From contig CAYHXC010000008.1 of the NCBI GenBank assembly GCA_964360585.1, positions 8-64,007 on the forward strand: DNA of 64,000 nucleotides, given 5' to 3'. The position numbers and the translations under genes were made by a program. The notes beneath the pieces were generated by a model, which saw only the letters and a list, made by a program, of their open reading frames with translations, did not search any database and was not told the origin of the DNA. Below are positions 47,156 to 56,497 of this stretch, in pieces (positions within the stretch are counted from its first letter, which is position 1; each line of letters opens with the position of its first letter). The DNA comes from an uncultured Candidatus Saccharibacteria bacterium. Lineage in GTDB: Bacteria; Patescibacteriota; Minisyncoccia; UBA6257; 2-01-FULL-56-20.

Positions 47156-48097
47156 ATGAAAAAAGAAATCGCTTATATCGGTTTGGGAAAGATGGGAAAA
47201 AATATGGTGCTTCGCCTCTTGGAACATGGCTGGCGGGTGCATGTTTTCGATACCGACCAGACAGCAGTTCGAGAAGTCGTAAAAATGGGGGCGCGTCATC
47301 TCGCTTCGCTACAAGAAATTTCCCGCCTTCCAAAACCTCGTCTCGTCTGGGTCATGGTTCCCGCCTTCGTTCCTGCTTCGGCGGGCAAGCCGGCGGGAAA
47401 ACCGGTTGACGACGTTCTCTTCGGAAGGAGTGGTCTTACCTCCATTCTAAAAAAAGGAGATGTCGTTATTGACGGCGGTAACTCGTTTTTCGAAGACACG
47501 CTTCGCCGGGCAAAAAAAGTTCAGGCAAAAAAAATAGAGTTTATGGATATCGGCACGTCTGGCGGACCACGCGGCGCACGAAATGGCGCCTGTCTTATGA
47601 TCGGCGGCGATAAAAAATTATTTATCAGACTGAAACCGCTCTTCGAAGATCTCGCCGCGCCTCACGCCTACGCCCACTGCGGGAAAGCCGGTTCCGGACA
47701 CTTTGTGAAAATGATTCACAATGGAATCGAATACGGCATGATGCAGGCAATTGCTGAAGGATTTAATCTGATGAAACACTCGTCCTTTAAACCGAATTTG
47801 AAAGCAGTGGCTGAACTGTATAATCACAAGAGCGTCGTCGAATCCCGCCTCATTGGCTGGCTTAAGGAAGGATTCGATATCTATGGCGAGAACCTTCAAG
47901 CTATTTCCGGCACTGTTGGCGCAACGGGCGAGGGTGAGTGGACGGTAAAAACGGCGAAAAAAATGAAACTGCCCGTGCCAATTATCGAAGGCTCTTATAT
48001 TTTTCGGTTGCAATCGAAAAAGAACCCAAGCTATGCGGGAAAAGTACTCTCGGTAATGCGCCACCAGTTTGGCGGCCACGAAGCCAAACGGAAGTAG
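47156..48097 (+). CDS. gnd: 6-phosphogluconate dehydrogenase, short (~300 aa) form
   Basis: IGLGKMGKNMVLRL, GTSGGPRGARNGACLMIGG. Confidence 0.85.
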   Translation: MKKEIAYIGLGKMGKNMVLRLLEHGWRVHVFDTDQTAVREVVKMGARHLASLQEISRLPKPRLVWVMVPAFVPASAGKPAGKPVDDVLFGRSGLTSILKKGDVVIDGGNSFFEDTLRRAKKVQAKKIEFMDIGTSGGPRGARNGACLMIGGDKKLFIRLKPLFEDLAAPHAYAHCGKAGSGHFVKMIHNGIEYGMMQAIAEGFNLMKHSSFKPNLKAVAELYNHKSVVESRLIGWLKEGFDIYGENLQAISGTVGATGEGEWTVKTAKKMKLPVPIIEGSYIFRLQSKKNPSYAGKVLSVMRHQFGGHEAKRK

Positions 48098-48151
48098 GAA
48101 AAAAGTGAAAAACAATGTAGTATTAGGGATATAAAAATTCCGCTGTTTCGT

Positions 48152-48886
48152 ATGCCGCAACACAATAAGAACAAACTGTCCAAAAAACCAACCTATCCCC
48201 CAAGGCGCGTTGAGGAGATCCTCGGCCAGCATGAAGACGATACGTCGCCGTGGCGCATTTTCAAGATCATGACCGAGTTCGTCTCCGGCTTTGATTTCTT
48301 AAAGCGCTATGATACGGCGGTGAGCATCTTCGGTTCCGCTCGGTTTAATCCCAAGAGCCACGACTACAAAGAAGCCGAAAAACTGGCCAATCGCTTGGCT
48401 AAAGCCGGCTTTGCGGTGATTACCGGCGGCGGGCCCGGCGTGATGGAAGCGGCGAACCGCGGCGCCTATCTGGCCCATGGCAAGTCGATTGGCTTCAACA
48501 TTCAACTCCCCCAGGAACAACGGATTAATAAGTACGTCACCGACTCCCAGTCATTTTATTACTTTTTCGTTCGCAAGGTGATGCTGGCTTTTGCTTCGGA
48601 AATCTATATCTTTTTCCCCGGCGGTTTCGGCACCATTGATGAGTTTTCGGAAATTGTCACGCTCGTCCAGACTAAAAAAATAAATCCGGTGCCCATTATT
48701 TTGATCGGCAAGGATTTCTGGCAGCCCTTCTTAAACTGGATCGAAGAAACAGTCTACCAGAAGTATCACGCGATTGATCGAGAAGACATGAAGATCTATC
48801 ATATTGTCGACAGCTCTGAAGAAGCTTGGGTCCTTGTTCAATCCCTCATGAAAAAACATAAACTCCAGCGCGGCGATATTCATTAA
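48152..48886 (+). CDS. LOG family (TIGR00730) cytokinin riboside 5'-monophosphate phosphoribohydrolase-like protein
   Basis: Canonical LOG motifs VITGGGPGVMEAANRGA and FPGGFGTIDEF. Confidence 0.85.
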   Translation: MPQHNKNKLSKKPTYPPRRVEEILGQHEDDTSPWRIFKIMTEFVSGFDFLKRYDTAVSIFGSARFNPKSHDYKEAEKLANRLAKAGFAVITGGGPGVMEAANRGAYLAHGKSIGFNIQLPQEQRINKYVTDSQSFYYFFVRKVMLAFASEIYIFFPGGFGTIDEFSEIVTLVQTKKINPVPIILIGKDFWQPFLNWIEETVYQKYHAIDREDMKIYHIVDSSEEAWVLVQSLMKKHKLQRGDIH

Positions 48887-48890
48887 AACT

Positions 48891-49319
48891 ATGTCTGAAT
48901 CACAGGAAAGTTACGTTAAAAAAGTTCCCAAACCGTGGGGTCACGAAATCCACTGGGTACCGGATGGATTTCCCTACATGGGAAAAATTCTTCACTTGGA
49001 CGCGGGTAAACAAACTTCTCTCCAACGCCACAACAAAAAACAAGAAAGTTGGTTCCTGATGCAGGGTGAGGCGAAAATTATCTGGGATAATCCTGTGGGA
49101 GAGATGGTGGAAACCATGATGCTTCCCGGCCAAGGATATTCCTGCGCGATTGGTCAAAAACACCGCCTCATGGGAGTGACCGATTGCGATATCATCGAGA
49201 TCTCCACGCCGGAAATAGGAATCACGGAACGCCTTGAAGATGATTACCAACGGCCGGATGAGACGGAGGAGATGCGGAAATTGGGTAATCGGGGCTGGGG
49301 AGATCACGACTACGCCTAA
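48891..49319 (+). CDS. cupin domain protein
   Basis: Cupin two-motif pattern with His residues (HWVPDG..., ...HRLMG). Confidence 0.55.
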   Translation: MSESQESYVKKVPKPWGHEIHWVPDGFPYMGKILHLDAGKQTSLQRHNKKQESWFLMQGEAKIIWDNPVGEMVETMMLPGQGYSCAIGQKHRLMGVTDCDIIEISTPEIGITERLEDDYQRPDETEEMRKLGNRGWGDHDYA

Positions 49320-49331
49320 TATTTTTCTAGC

Positions 49332-49940
49332 ATGAACCCTCACGATTTTAATTACGTCTTTAAACACTACGCGCCGCGAACCGAGGAAAAAATGCGGGAG
49401 GTTTTGATGAGTCCGAACTCGCCCGGACCAACGTTTCATTACTATATGATTCGCGGCGGAAAGGATCAGAAGAATATTACTGTCTGGGAACCGGGAACCG
49501 TGGACCGCGAGTATATCAAAGCCTATGGCCACTATCACGTTGGCACTATCGACGAAACGTACCGAGTGCTCATGGGAAATGGCGTGGCCTTACTTCAAAA
49601 GCTAGCCGTGGATCAGGAGGGGAAAATGATTCCTGACGTAGTCGAGGAGTTTAAAGCAATCGTTGTCCATCCGGGAGACGAGGTCTACATGCCCCCGGCC
49701 TACGGCCATCTGTTCGCCAACACCGGAGAAACGTATCTCGTCACTTCAGACAATAGTCCGGTTGATTTTGAAGAAAAAGATCCGGCCTCGCTTCCGGGAC
49801 ACGCCGACTACGAGCCGGTGAGAATTATGCACGGATTCGCCTATTATGTTGTCGAGCACGACGGGAAACCGGCGCTCACAAAAAATGGACGCTACAAAGA
49901 AATCCGGAAAGAAGATTTTGGCGGCCTCGCGGTAGTTTAG
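49332..49940 (+). CDS. cupin-type sugar-phosphate isomerase-like protein (candidate cPGI family)
   Basis: Metal-binding-like YGHYHVGTIDE and PPAYGH in a ~200-aa cupin. Confidence 0.4.
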   Translation: MNPHDFNYVFKHYAPRTEEKMREVLMSPNSPGPTFHYYMIRGGKDQKNITVWEPGTVDREYIKAYGHYHVGTIDETYRVLMGNGVALLQKLAVDQEGKMIPDVVEEFKAIVVHPGDEVYMPPAYGHLFANTGETYLVTSDNSPVDFEEKDPASLPGHADYEPVRIMHGFAYYVVEHDGKPALTKNGRYKEIRKEDFGGLAVV

Positions 49941-50632
49941 TGGCGATGACGCTTCCCGATAAACCGATCATTGCGGTTTGGAAGCCCAAAGGACCAACCT
50001 CGTTTCGAGTGATTCACGAGCTTCGGAAAATTACGGGCATTACAAAAATCGGCCATGCCGGCACGCTCGATCCGTTGGCCGAAGGTATTTTGATTATCGG
50101 TCTTGGCCGAGAGGGAACGAGACAACTCAACGATCCGGCTTTTAAGGAAAAAGAGTATGAGGCGACTGTAAAACTTGGCGAAACCAGCGCAACTGACGAC
50201 GGCGAAGGGCCGACTGAGAAACAGGAGGTGAAAGATATTCCTGATATCTCTAAAGTAGAACAGGTAATTAAAAAATATATCGGACAGATCAACCAGATTC
50301 CCCCGCCCTACAGCGCCTTGAAAGTTAAGGGGAAAACCGCGTACGCCTTAGCCCGAAAAGGAAAAGTGCTCAATCTTCCCGCCCGGCCGGTCGAGATAAA
50401 AAATATTGAGCTCCAGGATTACACCTGGCCGTTTTTAAAAATAAAAGTTGTAACTGGCCCGGGAGTGTATATTCGCAGTCTGGCGCGCGATATTGGGCGA
50501 GAGCTGGGAACAGGCGGATATCTGACGAAACTCATCCGAACGCGCGTGGGAACGTATACGCGCCGTGAGGCCGAGGAGATCGTAATTCCGTTTACTGCCA
50601 AAAATAAAAAAGAAGAAGCGCCCCAAGAATAA
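49940..50632 (+). CDS. truB: tRNA pseudouridine(55) synthase
   Basis: KPKGPTSF, IGHAGTLDPLAEGIL. Confidence 0.85.
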   Translation: MAMTLPDKPIIAVWKPKGPTSFRVIHELRKITGITKIGHAGTLDPLAEGILIIGLGREGTRQLNDPAFKEKEYEATVKLGETSATDDGEGPTEKQEVKDIPDISKVEQVIKKYIGQINQIPPPYSALKVKGKTAYALARKGKVLNLPARPVEIKNIELQDYTWPFLKIKVVTGPGVYIRSLARDIGRELGTGGYLTKLIRTRVGTYTRREAEEIVIPFTAKNKKEEAPQE

Positions 50633-51389
50633 TACGGTAGTAGGCAAAACCGCGGAAACTGTGGCTTTTGATATACCGCATAAAAATTTTAAGAACGGCG
50701 AGGGCAACGAGGAAGGAAACAAGAAAACCGATGGTCAGCAGTTTCAACTCATCATCACTCATAACGGCCTGATATTTCAAAAGGGAGTAGAGAGAAGCCG
50801 CGGCCATAGTGGGCACGGCCAGAAAAAATGAAAACTCGGCTGCCGTGGCTCGGGACAGACCCAAAAGCAGTCCGGCAATAATCGTGGCCGCTGAACGAGA
50901 AACGCCAGGAATAAGCGCGGTACACTGTGCCAGTCCAATCCAAAAAGCGGCGGAGAGATGAATCTGATCGGTCGAAAAAAATCGTTCCATGGTCTTTCGC
51001 CGTTCGGCATAGAGGAGAATCAGTCCGCCGAGGATGAGTGTGGTCGCGACAACCAGCGGCGTAAAAAGATTTTCTTCGATAACCTCCCCCGCCAAAAATC
51101 CGACGACCAAGGCTGGCAGGACACCCACGATCATTCTTCCCCAAACGGCAAGTACTTCTTTTCTTTTTTGCTCGCTCCGCCGGAACGGCCAAAACTGACC
51201 GAAGAATCCGACGACCACCGCGAGAATCGCCCCCAACTGGATAACCACGTCAAACAAAACGGTGAACGCTCCGCCAAAAGAAATCCACTGGTTCACAACA
51301 ATGAGATGTCCGGTCGAGGAGATCGGCAAAAATTCAGTTACCCCCTCAACAATTCCGAGAACAACTGCCTTAAAAATATCTGGTGACAT
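50592..51389 (-). CDS. uppP: undecaprenyl-diphosphatase
   Basis: GIVEGVTEFLPISSTGHL and downstream BacA blocks. Confidence 0.85.
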   Translation of the reverse strand: MSPDIFKAVVLGIVEGVTEFLPISSTGHLIVVNQWISFGGAFTVLFDVVIQLGAILAVVVGFFGQFWPFRRSEQKRKEVLAVWGRMIVGVLPALVVGFLAGEVIEENLFTPLVVATTLILGGLILLYAERRKTMERFFSTDQIHLSAAFWIGLAQCTALIPGVSRSAATIIAGLLLGLSRATAAEFSFFLAVPTMAAASLYSLLKYQAVMSDDELKLLTIGFLVSFLVALAVLKIFMRYIKSHSFRGFAYYRIILGALLLFYFWQ

Positions 51390-51453
51390 ACTTCAGGTTA
51401 TGTCTTAATTATACCCCTCTGACCTCAACGAGTCGAAAACAGTCTTCATGAAA

Positions 51454-51879
51454 TTACCGTATGAGAGCGGTAATGAGAACGCCTGCCACAACCAGTCCCC
51501 CGCCTAGAATATTTCCAGTGGTCGGTTTTTCGCCAAGGAAGAGAAGTGCCAGGAGAATCGTAAGACCGACGCTTAACTTGTCTATCGGCGCCACTTTTGA
51601 CGCTTCTCCCAGTTGAAGCGCTTTGTAATAAAAGAGCCAGGAAAGACCGGTCGCGATCGCTGAAAGAATAATAAAAAGATAAGAATGCCCGGAGATCTTC
51701 CAGAGATCGCCTACATTCCCCTGGATCCAGACGATGCCCCAGGCAAAGAGAACGATGATAGCGGTGCGAATGGCGACGGCTAGATTACTGTCCACTCCTT
51801 GGATACCAATTTTCCCGAAAATCGCCACAAGAGAAGCGAAGAATGCGGCGAGAAGCGCGTAGATGACCCAGCTTTCCAT
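51454..51879 (-). CDS. small EamA/DMT-like membrane protein
   Basis: ~140 aa four-helix EamA-like; start trimmed to internal ATG. Confidence 0.5.
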   Translation of the reverse strand: MESWVIYALLAAFFASLVAIFGKIGIQGVDSNLAVAIRTAIIVLFAWGIVWIQGNVGDLWKISGHSYLFIILSAIATGLSWLFYYKALQLGEASKVAPIDKLSVGLTILLALLFLGEKPTTGNILGGGLVVAGVLITALIR

Positions 51880-51884
51880 AATTA

Positions 51885-52310
51885 TTACCACGTACCCAAA
51901 ATGTATCCGAACGTGATAAAGAGTACGAGCTGGTAGCCAGACTGAATAAGAAACCGAGACCAAGCAATCTTTCGAGAGTCGTTGTTCCACATCGCGCTTC
52001 CCGCCACGATCGGCATAATAAATGCCGCCCAGATCCAAAGAGCCGTCTCCAAACTCGAAGCATCAGCCCAGGCCTGAATAAAATGAGCGAGAACGTAAAC
52101 CTGGAAAAGCGTGAGGAGAAATTGCACGAGGTAGAGCGGTCCAGCTTTTTTCTGCATCTCTTTTCGCGCCGCCATATCCTTCGGATTGGCTCCGACAATT
52201 TCCATCCATTTTTTTCCAAAAAGCGGCCCATACCAGATAAATCCGATAACCATCGAGAGAATGCCGCACGCTAAGACTGCCCAGTAATTTATTTGAATTG
52301 TTTCAATCAT
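51885..52310 (-). CDS. DUF1761-like membrane protein
   Basis: 141 aa, four helices. Confidence 0.45.
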   Translation of the reverse strand: MIETIQINYWAVLACGILSMVIGFIWYGPLFGKKWMEIVGANPKDMAARKEMQKKAGPLYLVQFLLTLFQVYVLAHFIQAWADASSLETALWIWAAFIMPIVAGSAMWNNDSRKIAWSRFLIQSGYQLVLFITFGYILGTW

Positions 52311-52331
52311 AATAAAAGTTAGTTTTTCGAT

Positions 52332-52634
52332 TTATTCTTTTTTCTTATCCAAACGATCCAAACCGATCATCTTTACTCCGTAATAGACGACCAGTGCGAC
52401 TACCAAAAAATCGATAATCACACTCAAGAGATCTCCGTAGAGAATTTTGGCTTCTCCCACGTTAATTGCGGCGGTTTTTAAGCCACCAACCGAACCTAAA
52501 ACTAAACCTAATAATGGATTAATGATATCGGTCACGAGAGCCGTCACGACCTTTGAAACGGCACCGCCTAAAATAAAACCAACGGCCAAACCGACCACCC
52601 CCTGTTCTCGAATAAAATCAATAAATCCTTTCAT
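52332..52634 (-). CDS. mscL: large-conductance mechanosensitive channel
   Basis: MKGFIDFIREQGVVGLAVGFILGGA. Confidence 0.8.
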   Translation of the reverse strand: MKGFIDFIREQGVVGLAVGFILGGAVSKVVTALVTDIINPLLGLVLGSVGGLKTAAINVGEAKILYGDLLSVIIDFLVVALVVYYGVKMIGLDRLDKKKE

Positions 52635-52643
52635 AATAATTAT

Positions 52644-53216
52644 TTAATCAAGATCGGGTTGATGGGGTAACTTAATTTCGAATGAAACCTCATTACTTTT
52701 CTTCCCCCAAGGAATAACGTAAATCTTATACATGCCCGAAAAAAGTGTCAGAAAGTTTTCACACTCACCACCTTTATAAGAAAGATCTTCTTTGCACAAT
52801 TTCGGTTTTAGGGTAGTCGCAATAAAATCATTCGTTGAGTTAGTTTCTCCGTACAGTATCCCTTTCTCACCCTTATCATTTTCTATCCAAGCATTCTTAT
52901 CACCTTCGAATCCCGCCAAATTACATCCATGTATCTGAATGCCTACAAGAGAGGGAAATGAAAGGGCGGAAAAAGATACATAACTAGGCAGAATCGAAGT
53001 AATCACCGGTTGTCCGGGTTCGGGACTGGTTTGCGGATCCACCGAAACACAGGTAGTTGGCGCGGAGGTCGAAGTCGTACTCGAAGTCTGATTATTTTGC
53101 ACCTCGCCGGGAATCGGAGTAGCTGCTTTATTCGTCAAAAGATAATAACTAAGACCTGCCGCCATAGTGGCGACGATAACAAGGAGAATCACCCGAGTCG
53201 TTCCATTTCTACTCAT
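52644..53216 (-). CDS. secreted protein (190 aa)
   Basis: N-terminal signal anchor, Thr/Ser-rich linker. Confidence 0.5.
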   Translation of the reverse strand: MSRNGTTRVILLVIVATMAAGLSYYLLTNKAATPIPGEVQNNQTSSTTSTSAPTTCVSVDPQTSPEPGQPVITSILPSYVSFSALSFPSLVGIQIHGCNLAGFEGDKNAWIENDKGEKGILYGETNSTNDFIATTLKPKLCKEDLSYKGGECENFLTLFSGMYKIYVIPWGKKSNEVSFEIKLPHQPDLD

Positions 53217-53256
53217 ATACTTAGTCTACCTTAAGCAAGGGGTTCGGCCAACCGAA

Positions 53257-54117
53257 CTAGGATCGAGTAAAACGCACATAGATTCCCGCCGGAATACATC
53301 GTTCCGAATCCTGTTCGCCTATCTGGAGTTCGCCAAACTCCCCTTTCACTTTCGGGAAAAAATCTTGAACCACCTGTAAAAATGATTGCGGTGAATAACC
53401 AGCGGCATAACCATTCAAGAGGAAAAAGGCATGGGCTTTGGGCGAAAGAATTTTCTTAAGTGCGGCGAGTAATCGCGGAAGATCTTCTTCAATCTTCCAG
53501 ACTTCACCTTTGGCCCCACGGCCAAAAGCCGGAGGATCAAGAATGACTCCATCATAGACTGCACCGCGTCGCACCTCGCGTTCCACAAACTTCAAAGAAT
53601 CATCAAATAAATAGCGAACGCCTCTTTCCGGGATACCGGAAATCCGAGCATTTTCTTCGGCCCATAGATTAGTTTGCTTTGAAGCATCAATGTGCGTGAC
53701 GTTCGCGCCATGCTGTACGGCGACGATACTCGCCACTCCGGTATATCCAAATAAATTTAAAACCTTCGGTTGTGTAATCGTATCGAGATGCTCTCCCAGC
53801 CATCGCCAGTTGACCGCTTGCTCCGGAAAAATTCCGGTGTGCTTAAACGAAGTGAGCCGCACAATACACTGCACGTCATCCCACGACATTTGCCATGCCT
53901 CCGGTGTTTCTCCTTTTTTCCAACTGCCCTTGCCTTCAATAAATCGAAACTCAGCATTCGCCTCCTTCCACAGATGAGGACGCTTCGGCGCCCAGATCGC
54001 CTGCGTTTCGGGACGGATCAAGGTAAAGTCTCCAAAACGCTCAAGCTTGCGATTATCACCCGAGTCGATCAGTTCGTAGTCCTGCCAGCCTTTTACAATG
54101 AGGTCGTTGCGTTTCAT
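53257..54117 (-). CDS. class I SAM-dependent RNA methyltransferase (RlmI/RlmK-like)
   Basis: LNLFGYTGVASIVAVQHGANVTHIDAS. Confidence 0.6.
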   Translation of the reverse strand: MKRNDLIVKGWQDYELIDSGDNRKLERFGDFTLIRPETQAIWAPKRPHLWKEANAEFRFIEGKGSWKKGETPEAWQMSWDDVQCIVRLTSFKHTGIFPEQAVNWRWLGEHLDTITQPKVLNLFGYTGVASIVAVQHGANVTHIDASKQTNLWAEENARISGIPERGVRYLFDDSLKFVEREVRRGAVYDGVILDPPAFGRGAKGEVWKIEEDLPRLLAALKKILSPKAHAFFLLNGYAAGYSPQSFLQVVQDFFPKVKGEFGELQIGEQDSERCIPAGIYVRFTRS

Positions 54118-54227
54118 CCCCCCACCTTAAATCCACCACAAAAAGCGGATTCAAATGTATAATAGACGACTTTTTTAAACAGAGACATGGTGATTATTTT
54201 GCGATGAAGGTAGGGGGATTCGTTCCA

Positions 54228-54992
54228 TTATTTATTTTTTCGCAAAGCTGCGCCATGATGTTTGCTCCATTCGAATAAAACCACCGCGGCTGAAACGGAC
54301 ACGTTTAAAGACTCACACCGCGGATTCATTGGGATGCGTAATTTCACATCACACAAATCAAGAGTCTTCTCACGAATTCCCTTACCTTCGTTGCCAACGA
54401 TAAATAACGTCGGCTCCTCAAATTTTTCTTCCGTCACGGCGCGCGATCCTTCCATGATCAAACCGTACGTTCGAAATCCTTCGTTTTTCAGTTTGCCGAT
54501 GGTGTAGTTCACATTACCAATCGAAACTAAGGGCACCCGAAAAGCCATTCCCGCCGAGGCCTTCACCACCGCGCCGGTAATTGGCGCTTGGTTATGGTAG
54601 GGCATCAGAATTCCTGAGGCACCGAAAGCGGCCGCCGAACGGATAATCGCCCCAACATTATGCGGATCAGTCAGCTCGTCCAGCAAAACCAACATTGTCT
54701 CCGGTGTGGTTTTGAGTTCGCGGAAAAAATCATCAAAATCGATCATCAGCCCTGCCGAGTCGACAATGGCCACAATCCCCTGGTGCGCCGCTTCATAGCC
54801 CACCATCTTCTCCGCTTCACGCTCCTTCAATTCTTGAAGCGTCGCGCCCGCTTTTCGCACCAGATTTCGCAGTTCCAAATCGTGGATACGCGGCGAAAAG
54901 AAAACCTTCTTGACTGCGCGCGGATAGTTCAAAAGCGCCTCGCTCAAGGCGTGTTTTCCGTAGATATAGAGCTTTTCAAATTCCTTTTGCAT
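54228..54992 (-). CDS. rlmB: TrmH/SpoU-family rRNA 2'-O-methyltransferase (RlmB-like)
   Basis: IYGKHALSEAL, LLDELTDPHNVGAIIRSA, SLNVSVSAAVVLFE; start set at MQKEFEKLYIYG. Confidence 0.75.
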   Translation of the reverse strand: MQKEFEKLYIYGKHALSEALLNYPRAVKKVFFSPRIHDLELRNLVRKAGATLQELKEREAEKMVGYEAAHQGIVAIVDSAGLMIDFDDFFRELKTTPETMLVLLDELTDPHNVGAIIRSAAAFGASGILMPYHNQAPITGAVVKASAGMAFRVPLVSIGNVNYTIGKLKNEGFRTYGLIMEGSRAVTEEKFEEPTLFIVGNEGKGIREKTLDLCDVKLRIPMNPRCESLNVSVSAAVVLFEWSKHHGAALRKNK

Positions 54993-55148
54993 CTCTCGAT
55001 GTATACCAGAAATCGCGAGGAAACTCCAGCTTTCGAGAGAAGGCTTGATCGACCGATTAGCTATCGGGAGGAATCTCGATATAGTTCCAAGACTTTCATC
55101 CAATCTTCATCTGTTTTCAAATAATCTAGGCATTGTATACTATATTGT

Positions 55149-56483
55149 ATGAATAAAAACATTTCAGGTCGTCATATACACTTTTTATTAATCAGCGCGG
55201 CGGTACTCCTGGGAGTAATGCTCCTTTCGCCGTTAGCACATGCCGCCACCCTCACGTTTAGTCAGTCGAGCGTGAACCTGGGGTCCGGACAAAACACCTC
55301 GGTCACAATAAGCGGCGGATCGGGATCATACTACGTTTCCGGGAATACCAATCCGAATGGCGTGACAATTGGCATCAGTGGAACAAACATGACCTTAACC
55401 GCCAATAACGGAGCGGCTAACGCCTCAATCACCATCTGTGACGCCGTCGAAACAACTTCCTGCGGCACGATTACAACCACCGCCAATACCTCCAGCAACA
55501 CCTCCGGTTCGGGTATAACCTTTACCCCTGGCAGTCTTTCCATGACCGTTGGATCGAGTCAGTCAGTTACCATTTCGGGAAATGGACCGTATTTCATTTC
55601 CGCCGGCGCTAATCCTTCTATCGCTAGCATTACCTTAGGTACAAGTACGCTCACCGTAACCAGCGCCGGTGATGGAACGACCAGCGTTACGATCTGTCAG
55701 CAGTCAGGCGGCAACTGCGGCACCTTTTCTGCAACTATCGCCGGCGGGGCCTCAAGTAACGTTTACTTCAGCCCTAATAACCCTTCAGTGGCGGTGGGCC
55801 AAAACCTGAACGTCACCATTTCCGGCTCATCTGGATCCTATACTCTTTCCAATAACTCCAATCCAAACCAGTTAAACGCCGGCATAAGCGGAAAGACCCT
55901 CACGCTAACGGGAAGAGAAATTGGTTCAGCCATTCTGAATATCTGTAGCACAACCAACATCTGTAACTTCCTTACCGTTACCATCGCCCCAGGCACAACA
56001 ACAACAACACCCCCAGCCACAACGGCAACACCCACCTACACCACACCAATTACGACAACCGTCGCCCCCACAAATATCTCCAGTGGTTTCGCGGTTCTTC
56101 TTCTGAATCAGATCCAATCCATGGAGGGTCAGCTGACCCAGTTCCAAAACCAACTCACCCAGCTCAAAGTAGCTCTGCAGGCCTTGGTGAGCGGCAAGAC
56201 CGGTAGCACCGGAACGACGACGAGCGGAAACTTTGGTTCGGTGGTCTCAAGCGTCACGCCGGGCAAATACTTCTTCACCATACCGCTTGTGCTCGGTGAC
56301 AGCGGCAACGAGGTGACTGAACTCCAAAAACGGCTCATCTCCCTCGGATTCCTCCCAGCCGGATCGGCAAGCGGTTACTTCGGCTCATTGACCCAGCAGG
56401 CGGTTATGAAATACCAAATTGCACGCGGACTCACTCCGCTCGGCAACGTTGGTCCTGGAACACGCGCCGAACTGAATAAGTAA
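55149..56483 (+). CDS. secreted triple-repeat protein with C-terminal peptidoglycan-binding domain
   Basis: Signal peptide; three ~95-aa repeats; C-terminal PG_binding_1-like EVTELQKRLISLGFL...AVMKYQ. Confidence 0.65.
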   Translation: MNKNISGRHIHFLLISAAVLLGVMLLSPLAHAATLTFSQSSVNLGSGQNTSVTISGGSGSYYVSGNTNPNGVTIGISGTNMTLTANNGAANASITICDAVETTSCGTITTTANTSSNTSGSGITFTPGSLSMTVGSSQSVTISGNGPYFISAGANPSIASITLGTSTLTVTSAGDGTTSVTICQQSGGNCGTFSATIAGGASSNVYFSPNNPSVAVGQNLNVTISGSSGSYTLSNNSNPNQLNAGISGKTLTLTGREIGSAILNICSTTNICNFLTVTIAPGTTTTTPPATTATPTYTTPITTTVAPTNISSGFAVLLLNQIQSMEGQLTQFQNQLTQLKVALQALVSGKTGSTGTTTSGNFGSVVSSVTPGKYFFTIPLVLGDSGNEVTELQKRLISLGFLPAGSASGYFGSLTQQAVMKYQIARGLTPLGNVGPGTRAELNK

Positions 56484-56497
56484 GCGGTTAGAAAATA

